Virus record (IMG/VR): IMGVR_UViG_3300027719_000014
From: a virus
DNA: 39,455 nt
Strand: one strand, 5' to 3'
Positions 1 to 7,948 of this stretch are shown here, one piece after another. Below the pieces are notes generated by a model. It searched no databases, was not told where the DNA came from, and saw only the letters and a list, made by a program, of their open reading frames with translations. How positions within the stretch are numbered: the stretch's first letter is position 1; each line of letters opens with the position of its first letter. The position numbers and the translations under genes are program-made.

Positions 1-127
1 CAAGCGCGAGGATGTGGCAATTGCTCTTGGCGTTCCGATGACGAAGCTGTTTACCGAATCCGCCGCAGGTCTCGGCGGCGCGGGCGTGTCGTCTGGTGAT
101 GACCGTCGCCTGATCAGTGATACTGCC
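1..127. repeat. Terminal direct repeat, identical to 39329-39455 (circular-assembly overlap or short terminal redundancy)
   Basis: The same 127-nt string (caagcgcgaggatgtggcaattgc...ctgatcagtgatactgcc) is read at both window ends. The portal reading frame is continuous across the junction. Confidence 0.95.
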
Positions 128-727
128 CTGCCAGAGTTCCGCCTGATCTGCCAGGAACTAAATCGGCAGGTGTTTGGGCCGCTTGGTTTCCGAATTATTG
201 ATCGTCATGAAACAATGGAGGTGTTTCAGGAGAACAAGCAGACCGTTGCGACGTCGCTTTCATCGCTGACAACCGCGTTCCAGACCGCGCCAGAAATGGC
301 CATCATCCTTGCCCGTCATCTTGGCATGAAGCTATCTGAGGACGACGAGCAGAAGCTGATTGAGATTGCAACACGCAAGGCAGAGCAGAAACCAGATGAA
401 CCGCAGCCTGAACCTATTATTGACGACAACCAAGACGACAAAGATCCGCGCGCGCTGCAGATGCAAGACGATTTGGCAAAGTTCCGACGCAAGGCCATGA
501 AATCGCCCGGTAAAGTTGTGAAATTTGAGAGCGAGAACGTTCCGCAGGAAATGATAGCATCCATCATGTGTGAACTCGGTCAATGCAAAACCGAGGACGA
601 TGTCAAAAGCGTGTTTGACCGGCAGACAAGCCAGTCAGCTCAGCAGCCTATCGACGTAACCGAAGCGCACAGGCTGACAGAAGCATTGAACCGGGCGAAT
701 AGTTTGCTTGAGCGGGTGATGGCATGA
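2..727 (+). CDS. Portal protein, C-terminal part (bases 2-127 duplicate 39330-39455)
   Basis: Open frame from base 2 with no upstream stop, acidic C-terminal tail, and in frame with 38490..39455 across the junction. Confidence 0.8.
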   Translation, partial: KREDVAIALGVPMTKLFTESAAGLGGAGVSSGDDRRLISDTALPEFRLICQELNRQVFGPLGFRIIDRHETMEVFQENKQTVATSLSSLTTAFQTAPEMAIILARHLGMKLSEDDEQKLIEIATRKAEQKPDEPQPEPIIDDNQDDKDPRALQMQDDLAKFRRKAMKSPGKVVKFESENVPQEMIASIMCELGQCKTEDDVKSVFDRQTSQSAQQPIDVTEAHRLTEALNRANSLLERVMA

Positions 728-1422
728 ACTATGACGCTGCCTGGCTGATTGCTCGTGAGACACACAAGCGCGCCATGTTGTCGTATGTCGCTGCCGGTGG
801 CGTGAAAAGCATCAACCAGTTTGACCGGCAGTTGTGGACGACAGCCCGCGCATTCTTCACGGATGAGATTGATGCGTTTGGGTTTATCGATGCCTATACG
901 GCTGCCATAGATAACCAGCTCACCCGCGCATGGAACGATGGGGCGCGCGAGGTTGGCGTGGACCCGCGCGAGTTCGAGGATATTGACCTCTCCAAATTAC
1001 AGCTACTTATCCAGAATGAGAACGAGCATATCCTCGACCTAGCTCAGGCCATAGAGGACGCTCGCAACTCTGGTATGACAGATGCGGAATTTCGTGGAGA
1101 GTTTCGCGCCCGCATCGATCTGTGGGTCAATCGCTATAACGAAGTGGCAAACGACGCTCGTATTTATTTCGGCGGGCGCGAGAAATTAGAATGGATACTT
1201 GGCGCGACAGAACAGCATTGCATCACATGTGCGCGCCTGTCTGGAATTGTAGCCTATGCGTCAGAATGGGAAACGTCGGGTATCAAGCCGCAGAACCCGC
1301 CTAACCCTATTCTGGAATGTGGCGGCTGGCGTTGTGATTGTCAGCTTGCACCGACCACCAGGCGAAAGACGCCTGACGCGCTGGGCCGCCTGCTGGATAT
1401 TGCGGCATCAATGAATTTATGA
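724..1422 (+). CDS. Minor head / head-morphogenesis protein (SPP1 gp7 / Mu F-like)
   Basis: ATGA start-stop overlap with portal and synteny (gene after portal). The Cys-rich C-terminus (CITCARLSG...ECGGWRCDCQLAP) resembles the conserved end of MuF-type proteins. Confidence 0.55.
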   Translation: MNYDAAWLIARETHKRAMLSYVAAGGVKSINQFDRQLWTTARAFFTDEIDAFGFIDAYTAAIDNQLTRAWNDGAREVGVDPREFEDIDLSKLQLLIQNENEHILDLAQAIEDARNSGMTDAEFRGEFRARIDLWVNRYNEVANDARIYFGGREKLEWILGATEQHCITCARLSGIVAYASEWETSGIKPQNPPNPILECGGWRCDCQLAPTTRRKTPDALGRLLDIAASMNL

Positions 1423-1434
1423 AGGAGCCCAACT

Positions 1435-1791
1435 ATGCCTAAAGAAGAAATCGTATCAACCATGATTAGCGAGGCCATCAGCGTAACCGTCGCTGACAGC
1501 GGAACCGAATCAACTGTCGGCGCAATCGGCGGAATGACATTTCTCGGATTTACGCCTGACGCTGCCTGGGACACGCAGAATGTGACGTTCCAGAAGTTGG
1601 GCGCGGATGGAGCGTACCATACCATCTATGACCCTGACACCACCGCGGCGTATACAATCAGCGGCGTGGTTGCCAACGGATATTACCCAGTCAACCCGGT
1701 CTACTTCCTGGGCGTCACCAGCCTGAAACTCGTTTCTGCGTCTGCACAGTCTGGTGCAAGCGTGATCAACCTGACGCTTGTGCTGGTATAA
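1435..1791 (+). CDS. Hypothetical virion-module protein (118 aa, beta-rich)
   Basis: AAGGAG RBS upstream of the ATG; compact spacing in the head module; no motif recognised. Confidence 0.7.
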   Translation: MPKEEIVSTMISEAISVTVADSGTESTVGAIGGMTFLGFTPDAAWDTQNVTFQKLGADGAYHTIYDPDTTAAYTISGVVANGYYPVNPVYFLGVTSLKLVSASAQSGASVINLTLVLV

Positions 1792-1907
1792 ATGAATGAT
1801 CCCCGGCCCTGCCTTACTTTGTCTATTGGCGTCCGCCCCACGTTTCCGACAAGGCCGTTAGGTTATGGGGATCATCTTGCCAGCCAAAGCAACGGCGATT
1901 TGCGCCT

Positions 1908-1936
1908 ATGACTAACACGGTTGTTCTGGCTATAAT
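1908..1936 (+). promoter_or_regulatory. Candidate sigma70-type promoter (ATGACT-N17-TATAAT)
   Basis: -35-like hexamer at 1908-1913 and a perfect TATAAT at 1931-1936, in the 170-nt gap upstream of the 1963 gene. Confidence 0.35.
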
Positions 1937-1962
1937 ATATATAGCACGTAATCAGGTAACTT

Positions 1963-2526
1963 ATGTTAAATGACTTTATAGCAATTGAAGCCAAAGGAAT
2001 ACCGGAACTTATGGCGAAGCTGAAGAAGCTGCCGCCTGAGATTGCGACCATTGGCATCAATGAGGCCAACAAGTACCTGGTTGACGTTCTGCGCTCATAT
2101 CCGCCTCAGAAAAGCGTACCGCGCCGACAGGCGTATCCTCATTTGCGCACGACTTCGCCAACAGGAAAGGAAATCATCGGGTATAAATCGTGGGCGCAGT
2201 TCAAGCTCGTTATGGCGAAGGTCAACAATGGCGAGGTGCCATACACGCGTACGCAGGAATTCCGCCGCAACTGGAAGATCATCGGCGAAGGAAACGAGTC
2301 GATGATCGCGAATGAAACACCATACGGAAAGTTCCTGATGGATGACGAATTGCAATCCGGCGGAGCTCGTGCTATCGGGTGGAAAACACTCGCGCAAGTA
2401 TTGCAGACCAGCGGTGGCAAGGCCGGGAATGTAGCCGTGACTCGCGCTGTGCCTAAGTGGATGTGGGATAAATTCAGCGGCGCAGTAAAGAAGGCAGCTG
2501 CAAAAATAGGATTAGATATAAAGTGA
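1963..2526 (+). CDS. Hypothetical virion-module protein (187 aa)
   Basis: Longest ORF in this interval on the late-operon strand. The N-terminus (IPELMAKLKKLPPEIA) is faintly reminiscent of HK97 gp10-type proteins, but this is not assignable. Confidence 0.6.
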   Translation: MLNDFIAIEAKGIPELMAKLKKLPPEIATIGINEANKYLVDVLRSYPPQKSVPRRQAYPHLRTTSPTGKEIIGYKSWAQFKLVMAKVNNGEVPYTRTQEFRRNWKIIGEGNESMIANETPYGKFLMDDELQSGGARAIGWKTLAQVLQTSGGKAGNVAVTRAVPKWMWDKFSGAVKKAAAKIGLDIK

Positions 2527-2533
2527 GGGATCA

Positions 2534-2653
2534 ATGGCAAAGCAACAAGATAAATCAAATGTGTACCGTGAAGCATTGCAGAAAGTCATCGAAATGATCC
2601 AATCCGGCGTCCACGTCGAGAAGATCATAGCATTTATTCAATCTGTACTGTAA
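2534..2653 (+). CDS. Possible small ORF (39 aa, MAKQQDKSNVYREALQKVIEMIQSGVHVEKIIAFIQSVL)
   Basis: GAGGGA RBS 4 nt upstream of the ATG at 2534. It fills an otherwise empty gap and is below the ORF-track size cut-off. Confidence 0.3.
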   Translation: MAKQQDKSNVYREALQKVIEMIQSGVHVEKIIAFIQSVL

Positions 2654-2672
2654 GATTAGAAGGAGAGATATT

Positions 2673-2897
2673 ATGGCAAAAACAAAGAAAGCACCACTAT
2701 GCCCGGTCGATGGAGCAGAATTATGTGAGAGCGCAAAGCGAGAGGCGCTTGAGTTGATCGGTGATCCTATCATCGTAAAAGGCAAAGATGCGCTGCTGGC
2801 CGACATCCTTGAGGACATCGTAGACATGCTTTATACCGGCGTGGATCTGACGCGCGCCAACAATGCGCTGTCAAAAATCAGGACGCTGCGAGAATGA
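2673..2897 (+). CDS. Hypothetical protein (74 aa)
   Basis: AAGGAGA RBS; ATGA overlap with the downstream methyltransferase gene. Confidence 0.65.
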   Translation: MAKTKKAPLCPVDGAELCESAKREALELIGDPIIVKGKDALLADILEDIVDMLYTGVDLTRANNALSKIRTLRE

Positions 2898-3613
2898 CCT
2901 GCCCCTGGTGCGCCTCAACTGATACTGCGTTCTATTCCGACGTTATCACCGCCCCGTACTTCCCCGTTGACATCCACGGAGAGTTTATAAACTGCGCCAC
3001 GGTTACGCGCTACGAGAAATGCGCCGGCTGCGGACTAGTATTCCAGCCAGACCGCAAGCCTGATGCCTGGTATGACTGGTTCTATTCCAGCGGAACATAC
3101 CGAGCGACGCTGGGCATCAGTCAGGAAGTAATGGACGCCGACGAATATAAGCGCGCGCTTGATCTGGTTCCGGTTGTCATGCGGCACGTAGACGAATCGA
3201 ATATAAAAAAGCATCTTGATATTGGTGCATCGCGCGGGCTATTGCTGAAATACCTGAAACGTGAATTAAGATGCTTATCCAAAGGTTCCGACCCGTACAC
3301 CGATTACAGCCAGGCTGAATATGACGAATTCGACACGCCCGATCTTGTATCAGCTATCCACGTTTTAGAGCATGTAACGCACCCGCGCGATGAACTGCAA
3401 AAGTGGGCTGAACTCACAAGCCGGTATCTGCTTATTGAGGTCCCGGGCGAGAAGTGCAAGGGCGGCCCGCTTCGCTTTGCTCACCTATGGTATTTTCCTC
3501 CAGAGTTGTTGCGCGCAGAAATTGAACGGCTTGGCTTCAAGATTGTTGCCAGCGAAACAGAACCAGACACGAGGATACTTGCGGAAAAATTGGGTATTGA
3601 CACGCAGCCATAA
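2894..3613 (+). CDS. Class I SAM-dependent methyltransferase with N-terminal Cys4 zinc ribbon
   Basis: CPWC...CAGC zinc ribbon; motif I HLDIGASRGLL; SAIHVLEHVTHP motif typical of Methyltransf_23/C- or O-methyltransferases of sugar pathways. There are no DNA-MTase (D/N/S)PP(Y/F) or PC motifs. Confidence 0.7.
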   Translation: MTCPWCASTDTAFYSDVITAPYFPVDIHGEFINCATVTRYEKCAGCGLVFQPDRKPDAWYDWFYSSGTYRATLGISQEVMDADEYKRALDLVPVVMRHVDESNIKKHLDIGASRGLLLKYLKRELRCLSKGSDPYTDYSQAEYDEFDTPDLVSAIHVLEHVTHPRDELQKWAELTSRYLLIEVPGEKCKGGPLRFAHLWYFPPELLRAEIERLGFKIVASETEPDTRILAEKLGIDTQP

Positions 3614-3616
3614 AAG

Positions 3617-3625
3617 TGCTAATAT
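3617..3625 (+). promoter_or_regulatory. Candidate extended -10 promoter (TGcTAATAT)
   Basis: TGn + TAATAT immediately after the methyltransferase stop codon, at the start of a 190-nt non-coding gap. Confidence 0.3.
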
Positions 3626-3747
3626 GATTTAGAGCATGCGTTCATAGAATGCGTGTTCACACAATTTATGTGTCAGGATAAGCGCAGAGGCCGAAAGGCG
3701 CGCTAAAAGGGCACGAAGTAAATCTAATACACCAAAGGCTATGTAAA
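3626..3747 (+). ncRNA. Candidate structured leader / small RNA upstream of the capsid gene
   Basis: No ORF. GNRA-capped bulged hairpin at 3681-3704 (AGCGC-agag-GCC-GAAA-GGC-GCGCT). ACACC at 3729-3733 can pair with the terminator 5' arm (GGTGT 3750-3754). The region ends in the 3748-3780 terminator. Confidence 0.3.
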
Positions 3748-3780
3748 GCGGTGTGAGAGTAAATCTCACACCGCTTTTTT
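3748..3780 (+). terminator. Rho-independent terminator (11-bp stem, 5-nt loop, T6 tail)
   Basis: gcggtgtgaga-gtaaa-tctcacaccgc followed by tttttt. It lies only 23 nt upstream of the capsid-gene ATG. Confidence 0.8.
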
Positions 3781-3803
3781 GTTGCCTTAACCACGAGGTG
3801 AAC

Positions 3804-5552
3804 ATGGAAGATGAACAACTGGCATTTTATGGTGGAGCGGTAAAGGCACTCGGTGACGGCAAAGTCGGCGGGTATCTCGTCCGTTTCGGTGACCCAAAAG
3901 ACACCGATCTTGAGGGGGATTTCTTCTCGAAAGAAACTGATCTCGGGGTCTCGGATGCGGCAACCCTGCCAGTCTATTACCAGCACGGCCATGACGGACA
4001 AATGAAAGCGCGCCGGATTGGTAGAACCACCTGCAAGTATGATGATGTCGGTCTGTGGGCTGAAGCTCAACTCGAATTACGAGACGAATACGAGCAGATG
4101 ATTTATCAACTCGCAGCCGACGGGAAATTAGGCTGGTCGTCTGGCGCGGCTGGTCACCTGGTAGAGCGCGAGCAGGTAGGCAAGGCGTACCACATCAAAA
4201 CGTGGGTTATCGCAGAAGCCAGCCTGACGCCCACCCCGGCCGAACCGCGCAATAGCGCCGTACCTATCAAATCACTTTATGAAAATACCGCACAAACCGT
4301 CAGCGAAGCAGAGGCCGTGGAACCGGCGCAGAGCGACGAGCAACCGGCGGATAAACCAACCAACCAAAGCAAGGAGAACACAATGGATATTACCGAAGAG
4401 AAACTCAAGGAAATTGTTGACGGTGCGGTCACTAAGTCGCTTGATGAATTCAAGAAAACCCTACCCGCCCCTGACACCAGCGGCGTATCGGTCATTCACG
4501 ACGAAGCCGATACCCCGTTCAAAAGCGCAGGTGAGCAGTTCCTGGCTGTCAAAAAGGCAACCCTATCAATGGGCCAGACCATGCACCCGCGCCTGAAAGC
4601 GTTGAACGCGAAGGCCACCGGAGCTACTGAAGGCGTGCCGAGCGAAGGCGGGTACCTGCTCGACCCTACCATCAGCGCGGAAGTTATCAAGCCGATTCAC
4701 GAAACCGGCGTTTTCACCCAGTATGCCCGCAAGCTGCCGGTTGGCAACAACAGCAATTCAGGCTGGATCAACGGTGTGGATGAAACCAGTCGCGCGACCG
4801 GCTCGCGCTGGGGTGGCATTCGTGGTTATCGCCTGGCTGAAGGCGCTGCCATCACCGCAAGCAAGCCGCAGTTCAAGCGCATCAACTGGGAACTGAAAAA
4901 GTACGCCATTCTGTGCTACGCAACCGAAGAACTCATGCAGGACGCGGCCATGTTCAACGAAGTTCTGCGCGTCGGTTCAATGGAAGAAATCAATTTCATG
5001 GCGAACGACGACCTGGTGAACGGCACCGGAATCGGTGGCCCGCTGGGCGTGCTGAACAGCCCCGCTCGTATCTTTGTGGCCCGCGATACCGCCAGCAAGG
5101 TTCTGCACGTTGATCTCGTCACCATGTGGCAGCGTATGCTTCCTCGCTTCCGCAGCAACGCCGTCTGGTTCATCAACTCGGAAGTTGAGCCGCAACTGGA
5201 TCAGATTTACTTCACCGGCACGACCAGCGTTCTCTCGCCGTACGTAACCTACACCCCCGAAGGCGTGATGAAGATCAAGGGCCGCCCGGTTGTGGTGACT
5301 GAATTCAACCCGGCCCTGAACGCCGCTGGCGACATCCTGCTGGCCGACTTCAGCCAGTACCTGTACTGGGATAAGACCGCTCAGGCTGCCACCTCTATGC
5401 ACGTAGCTTTCACCACCGACGAGCAGGCGTTCCGCATTACATATCGCTGCGACGGCCAGACCGTTGACTCATCGCCCATCACCCCCTACAAGGGCACCAA
5501 CACCCAGTCGGCTTTCGTTACGCTCGGAGCTGCCACCACCGCGGCCGCGTAA
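3804..5552 (+). CDS. Prohead serine protease (HK97 gp4 / S78-like) fused in frame to HK97-fold major capsid protein
   Basis: GAGGTG RBS 3 nt upstream of the ATG at 3804. The N-terminal domain has YYQHGHD and GWSSGAAG (His/Ser) motifs and ends ASLTPTPAEPRN. An acidic/coiled linker follows. The C-terminal about 390 aa (GGYLLDP...) is typical of HK97-family capsid proteins. There is an internal in-frame AAGGAG-N6-ATG at 4371-4385. Confidence 0.8.
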   Translation: MEDEQLAFYGGAVKALGDGKVGGYLVRFGDPKDTDLEGDFFSKETDLGVSDAATLPVYYQHGHDGQMKARRIGRTTCKYDDVGLWAEAQLELRDEYEQMIYQLAADGKLGWSSGAAGHLVEREQVGKAYHIKTWVIAEASLTPTPAEPRNSAVPIKSLYENTAQTVSEAEAVEPAQSDEQPADKPTNQSKENTMDITEEKLKEIVDGAVTKSLDEFKKTLPAPDTSGVSVIHDEADTPFKSAGEQFLAVKKATLSMGQTMHPRLKALNAKATGATEGVPSEGGYLLDPTISAEVIKPIHETGVFTQYARKLPVGNNSNSGWINGVDETSRATGSRWGGIRGYRLAEGAAITASKPQFKRINWELKKYAILCYATEELMQDAAMFNEVLRVGSMEEINFMANDDLVNGTGIGGPLGVLNSPARIFVARDTASKVLHVDLVTMWQRMLPRFRSNAVWFINSEVEPQLDQIYFTGTTSVLSPYVTYTPEGVMKIKGRPVVVTEFNPALNAAGDILLADFSQYLYWDKTAQAATSMHVAFTTDEQAFRITYRCDGQTVDSSPITPYKGTNTQSAFVTLGAATTAAA

Positions 5553-5619
5553 CAGTGACTAACAGGCAAGCCCCGGTCAAGGCAATCGGCCGGGGCATAG
5601 ACACAGAAAGGAATACACC

Positions 5620-6120
5620 ATGATCGGAAGATTTGGACAGATCAACCAACTCGTACCAGTGCTGGCCCCGGTTGACACCGCGGCTACTGCCATCTGGACC
5701 AACCCCGTGCGAATGCGCGGTATTCATCGCGGAACCTTCGGGGTGCAGTTTGGAGTTATCACCGCAGCTTCGGCTGATCAGGCCGTCACCGTGACGCTGT
5801 ACGCGGCTACGAGCGCGGCCACCACGGGCGCTACTGCAATCGCTGGTAAATATCGTCTGAGCGCGGCCGTCGGAGACACCGAAGCCCCCGGCGCTATTAC
5901 AGCCTTTACGTCTGCCGGTATCAGCATCGCCACGACAGACGACGGCAAGCTGCTGCTCATTGATGTTGACCCGGCTCTCATGGCCGCGGTTTCCGATGGA
6001 CAGTATGCTCTCGTGAAGATCACCCCTGATGCCGGTGGAACCGTAACCCTGGTGAGCGCGTTCTTCGAGGGCGAACCGCGCTACGCGCAGAATAGCCCGC
6101 TGGCTACTCACGCGACCTAA
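5620..6120 (+). CDS. Hypothetical head-module protein, Ala/Thr-rich (decoration-protein candidate)
   Basis: AAAGGA RBS; lies immediately after the capsid gene; 166 aa, beta-rich; function not recognisable. Confidence 0.65.
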   Translation: MIGRFGQINQLVPVLAPVDTAATAIWTNPVRMRGIHRGTFGVQFGVITAASADQAVTVTLYAATSAATTGATAIAGKYRLSAAVGDTEAPGAITAFTSAGISIATTDDGKLLLIDVDPALMAAVSDGQYALVKITPDAGGTVTLVSAFFEGEPRYAQNSPLATHAT

Positions 6121-6163
6121 TAAAGTTGGTTATGGCGGCTTCTCTCCCCGCCTTTACCCGATG

Positions 6164-6193
6164 CCGGGGCGATGACTCAAAAGATCGCCCCGG
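6164..6193 (+). promoter_or_regulatory. Stable 10-bp hairpin (ccggggcgat...atcgccccgg), preceded by a GGCGG/CCGCC-TTT hairpin at 6134-6155
   Basis: Perfect inverted repeat in the gap after the head genes. No strong U-tract, so it may be an attenuator or an mRNA-stabilising element. Confidence 0.4.
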
Positions 6194-6236
6194 ATCAAAA
6201 ACGGAGAGAACAACCAAACACTTTTGGAGAGAGTGA

Positions 6237-7334
6237 ATGAAAAAACTTGCAATTGTAGGATCTGGATTACTGACACGGGAACTTGCCCCGTTTGGCGATA
6301 ACCAATTCGACATCTGGGTATTCAACGAAGCCCCCATGAGTCCCTGGTGTAAACGCTGGACAGCCTCATTTCAACTACATAACTCTGACATCTACGCGGG
6401 GCCTAATCTCAAACAGGCTGAGTACTGGAAATGGTTGCAGGCCAAACACGGCAAGCCGGTCTACATGCAGGAATATGACGAGCGTGTACCGGATTGTGTT
6501 GTTTATCCGGTAGAAGCGATCCTACAACTTACAGGAAAGCGATATCTCGGGATGTCACCGTGCTTTGCTGTCGCTCTGGCATTGCTGCAAGGCTACGAAC
6601 ACATCGAGATTTACGGGATTGAACTCTCGTCAACAGAATACCAGTTCGGCGCTGACAGTTGGCGGTTTTGGATCGGGTATGCAATCGGTAGATTGGGCGC
6701 TGATCATGTAATCATCAAATCGGGCCAACACTTATTCGAGACGGCGCTTTATGGCTACGATGGCGCGGCGCAATTAGACCATAAGTACTTCGAGGATCGC
6801 GCGCGCTACCTGGATAACTCATGGCTTGCAAAGGATAAAGTGTGCCGCAACTTATTCAAAAACATTGAGCGCCTGATTGAGAAGTATGAAGCCGAAAAAC
6901 TGCCAGAACAGATACAGATTTACCAGGACGCGGTATTCGAGTTGGGGCAGTTAGCTGGCGCACTTGGCGAGGCAGAGAAATACTGCGATACCAACGGCTC
7001 CAATGCCGACCGCAACGAATATGAGCAATCCGCCGCGAAGATCCGCACAGAAGGCCAGGCCAAACAGGTCGAGATGGAGCGTTACGCCGGTAAGTGCGAA
7101 TACGTTTGGAATGCCTGGCGGCAGTCAAAAAGTAATCCGGCGTTCCGCCAACAGGCTCAGTCACAGTTGCTCAACATGATCGTATCAATGGCGAAATCAG
7201 CGCAGGAAGCCGGTATATGTCACGGAGTTTATACCGAGAATGTTGGATACATGCAGAAGCATGACGAAATGGTACAGGCGAACGGCGGATACATGGCGCA
7301 GCATCCGATACCTTACCCGGAGATGGTAAAATGA
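6237..7334 (+). CDS. Putative glycosyltransferase-like protein (DUF115/MptE/Maf- or GT42 CstII-like Rossmann N-domain + alpha-helical C-domain)
   Basis: GGAGAG RBS. N-terminus KLAIVGSGLL...FDIWVFNEAP and later GMSPCFAVALALLQGYEHIEIYGIEL match the pattern of Maf/DUF115 and CstII-type sugar transferases (xxIxGxGxS...D-hh-xxN...GxSxxxxAhxhAxxhGxxxIxhxGxD). The assignment rests on motifs only. Confidence 0.4.
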   Translation: MKKLAIVGSGLLTRELAPFGDNQFDIWVFNEAPMSPWCKRWTASFQLHNSDIYAGPNLKQAEYWKWLQAKHGKPVYMQEYDERVPDCVVYPVEAILQLTGKRYLGMSPCFAVALALLQGYEHIEIYGIELSSTEYQFGADSWRFWIGYAIGRLGADHVIIKSGQHLFETALYGYDGAAQLDHKYFEDRARYLDNSWLAKDKVCRNLFKNIERLIEKYEAEKLPEQIQIYQDAVFELGQLAGALGEAEKYCDTNGSNADRNEYEQSAAKIRTEGQAKQVEMERYAGKCEYVWNAWRQSKSNPAFRQQAQSQLLNMIVSMAKSAQEAGICHGVYTENVGYMQKHDEMVQANGGYMAQHPIPYPEMVK

Positions 7335-7948
7335 CTATTACGAATGGCTATGGCGACCTAAACACATTTATCGATCGGGCAGTGATGACAGACGCGCCTC
7401 CAACTGATTCGGCCAGAGACGCGGTTATTGAGGCAATCATCCAGGCTGTTAGCCGTCAGATCGACTCCTATTGTTTTCGCAGGTTCTTCGTAAATTCGGC
7501 CGATGAGGTGCGATACTTCACGCCTGAAAATTACAGTCTCGTTTTTACAGACGACATTCAATCCATCACCACGCTGAAAACAGACGAGGACGCCGACGGC
7601 ACCTATGAGGTGACATGGGCCGCAACCGATTACAGGACATTCCCATTCAACCGCGTTGTAAATTATTCACCGATTACATACATCAAGCTGAAGCCGAACG
7701 GGAATTACGTATTCCCGATGGTAGAACAATCCACGGAGATTACCGGAAAATTTGGTTATTGCACCCTGGCAAACGTACCAGACCAGATCAAAGAAGCCTG
7801 CTACATCCAGGCTAACCGCATTTATGCTCGTCAGAAATCACCGTTCGGGATTGTTGGATCGGCTGAACTTGGAACGTTGCAAGCAATCTCAAAGCTCGAT
7901 GCAGATGTGATGGAAATGATCAGGCCGTTCAGAAAGCTGGTGGTCTGA
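7331..7948 (+). CDS. Head-tail connector / adaptor protein (gp6-like)
   Basis: ATGA overlap. The N-terminus (YGDLNTFIDRAVM...AVIEAIIQAVSRQIDSYCFRRF) is the typical signature of phage head-tail adaptor proteins. Synteny agrees. Confidence 0.6.
   Translation: MTITNGYGDLNTFIDRAVMTDAPPTDSARDAVIEAIIQAVSRQIDSYCFRRFFVNSADEVRYFTPENYSLVFTDDIQSITTLKTDEDADGTYEVTWAATDYRTFPFNRVVNYSPITYIKLKPNGNYVFPMVEQSTEITGKFGYCTLANVPDQIKEACYIQANRIYARQKSPFGIVGSAELGTLQAISKLDADVMEMIRPFRKLVV

Noticed and set aside
2042-2576. Nested ORFs 2042..2305(+), 2095..2397(-) and 2139..2576(-) inside the 1963..2526 gene
   Set aside because: They overlap a same-region ORF on the operon strand, have no RBS and give Arg- or Ser-rich low-complexity translations.
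3753-3803. GTG start at 3753 for the capsid fusion gene (ORF-track start)
   Set aside because: That start lies inside the terminator hairpin (3748-3780) and would add MRVNLTPLFCCLNHEVN. The ATG at 3804 has a GAGGTG RBS at proper spacing.
5518-6111. 197-aa minus-strand ORF opposite the 5620..6120 gene
   Set aside because: It is antisense within a unidirectional late operon, has no RBS and has an Arg/Gly-rich translation typical of GC-rich shadow frames.
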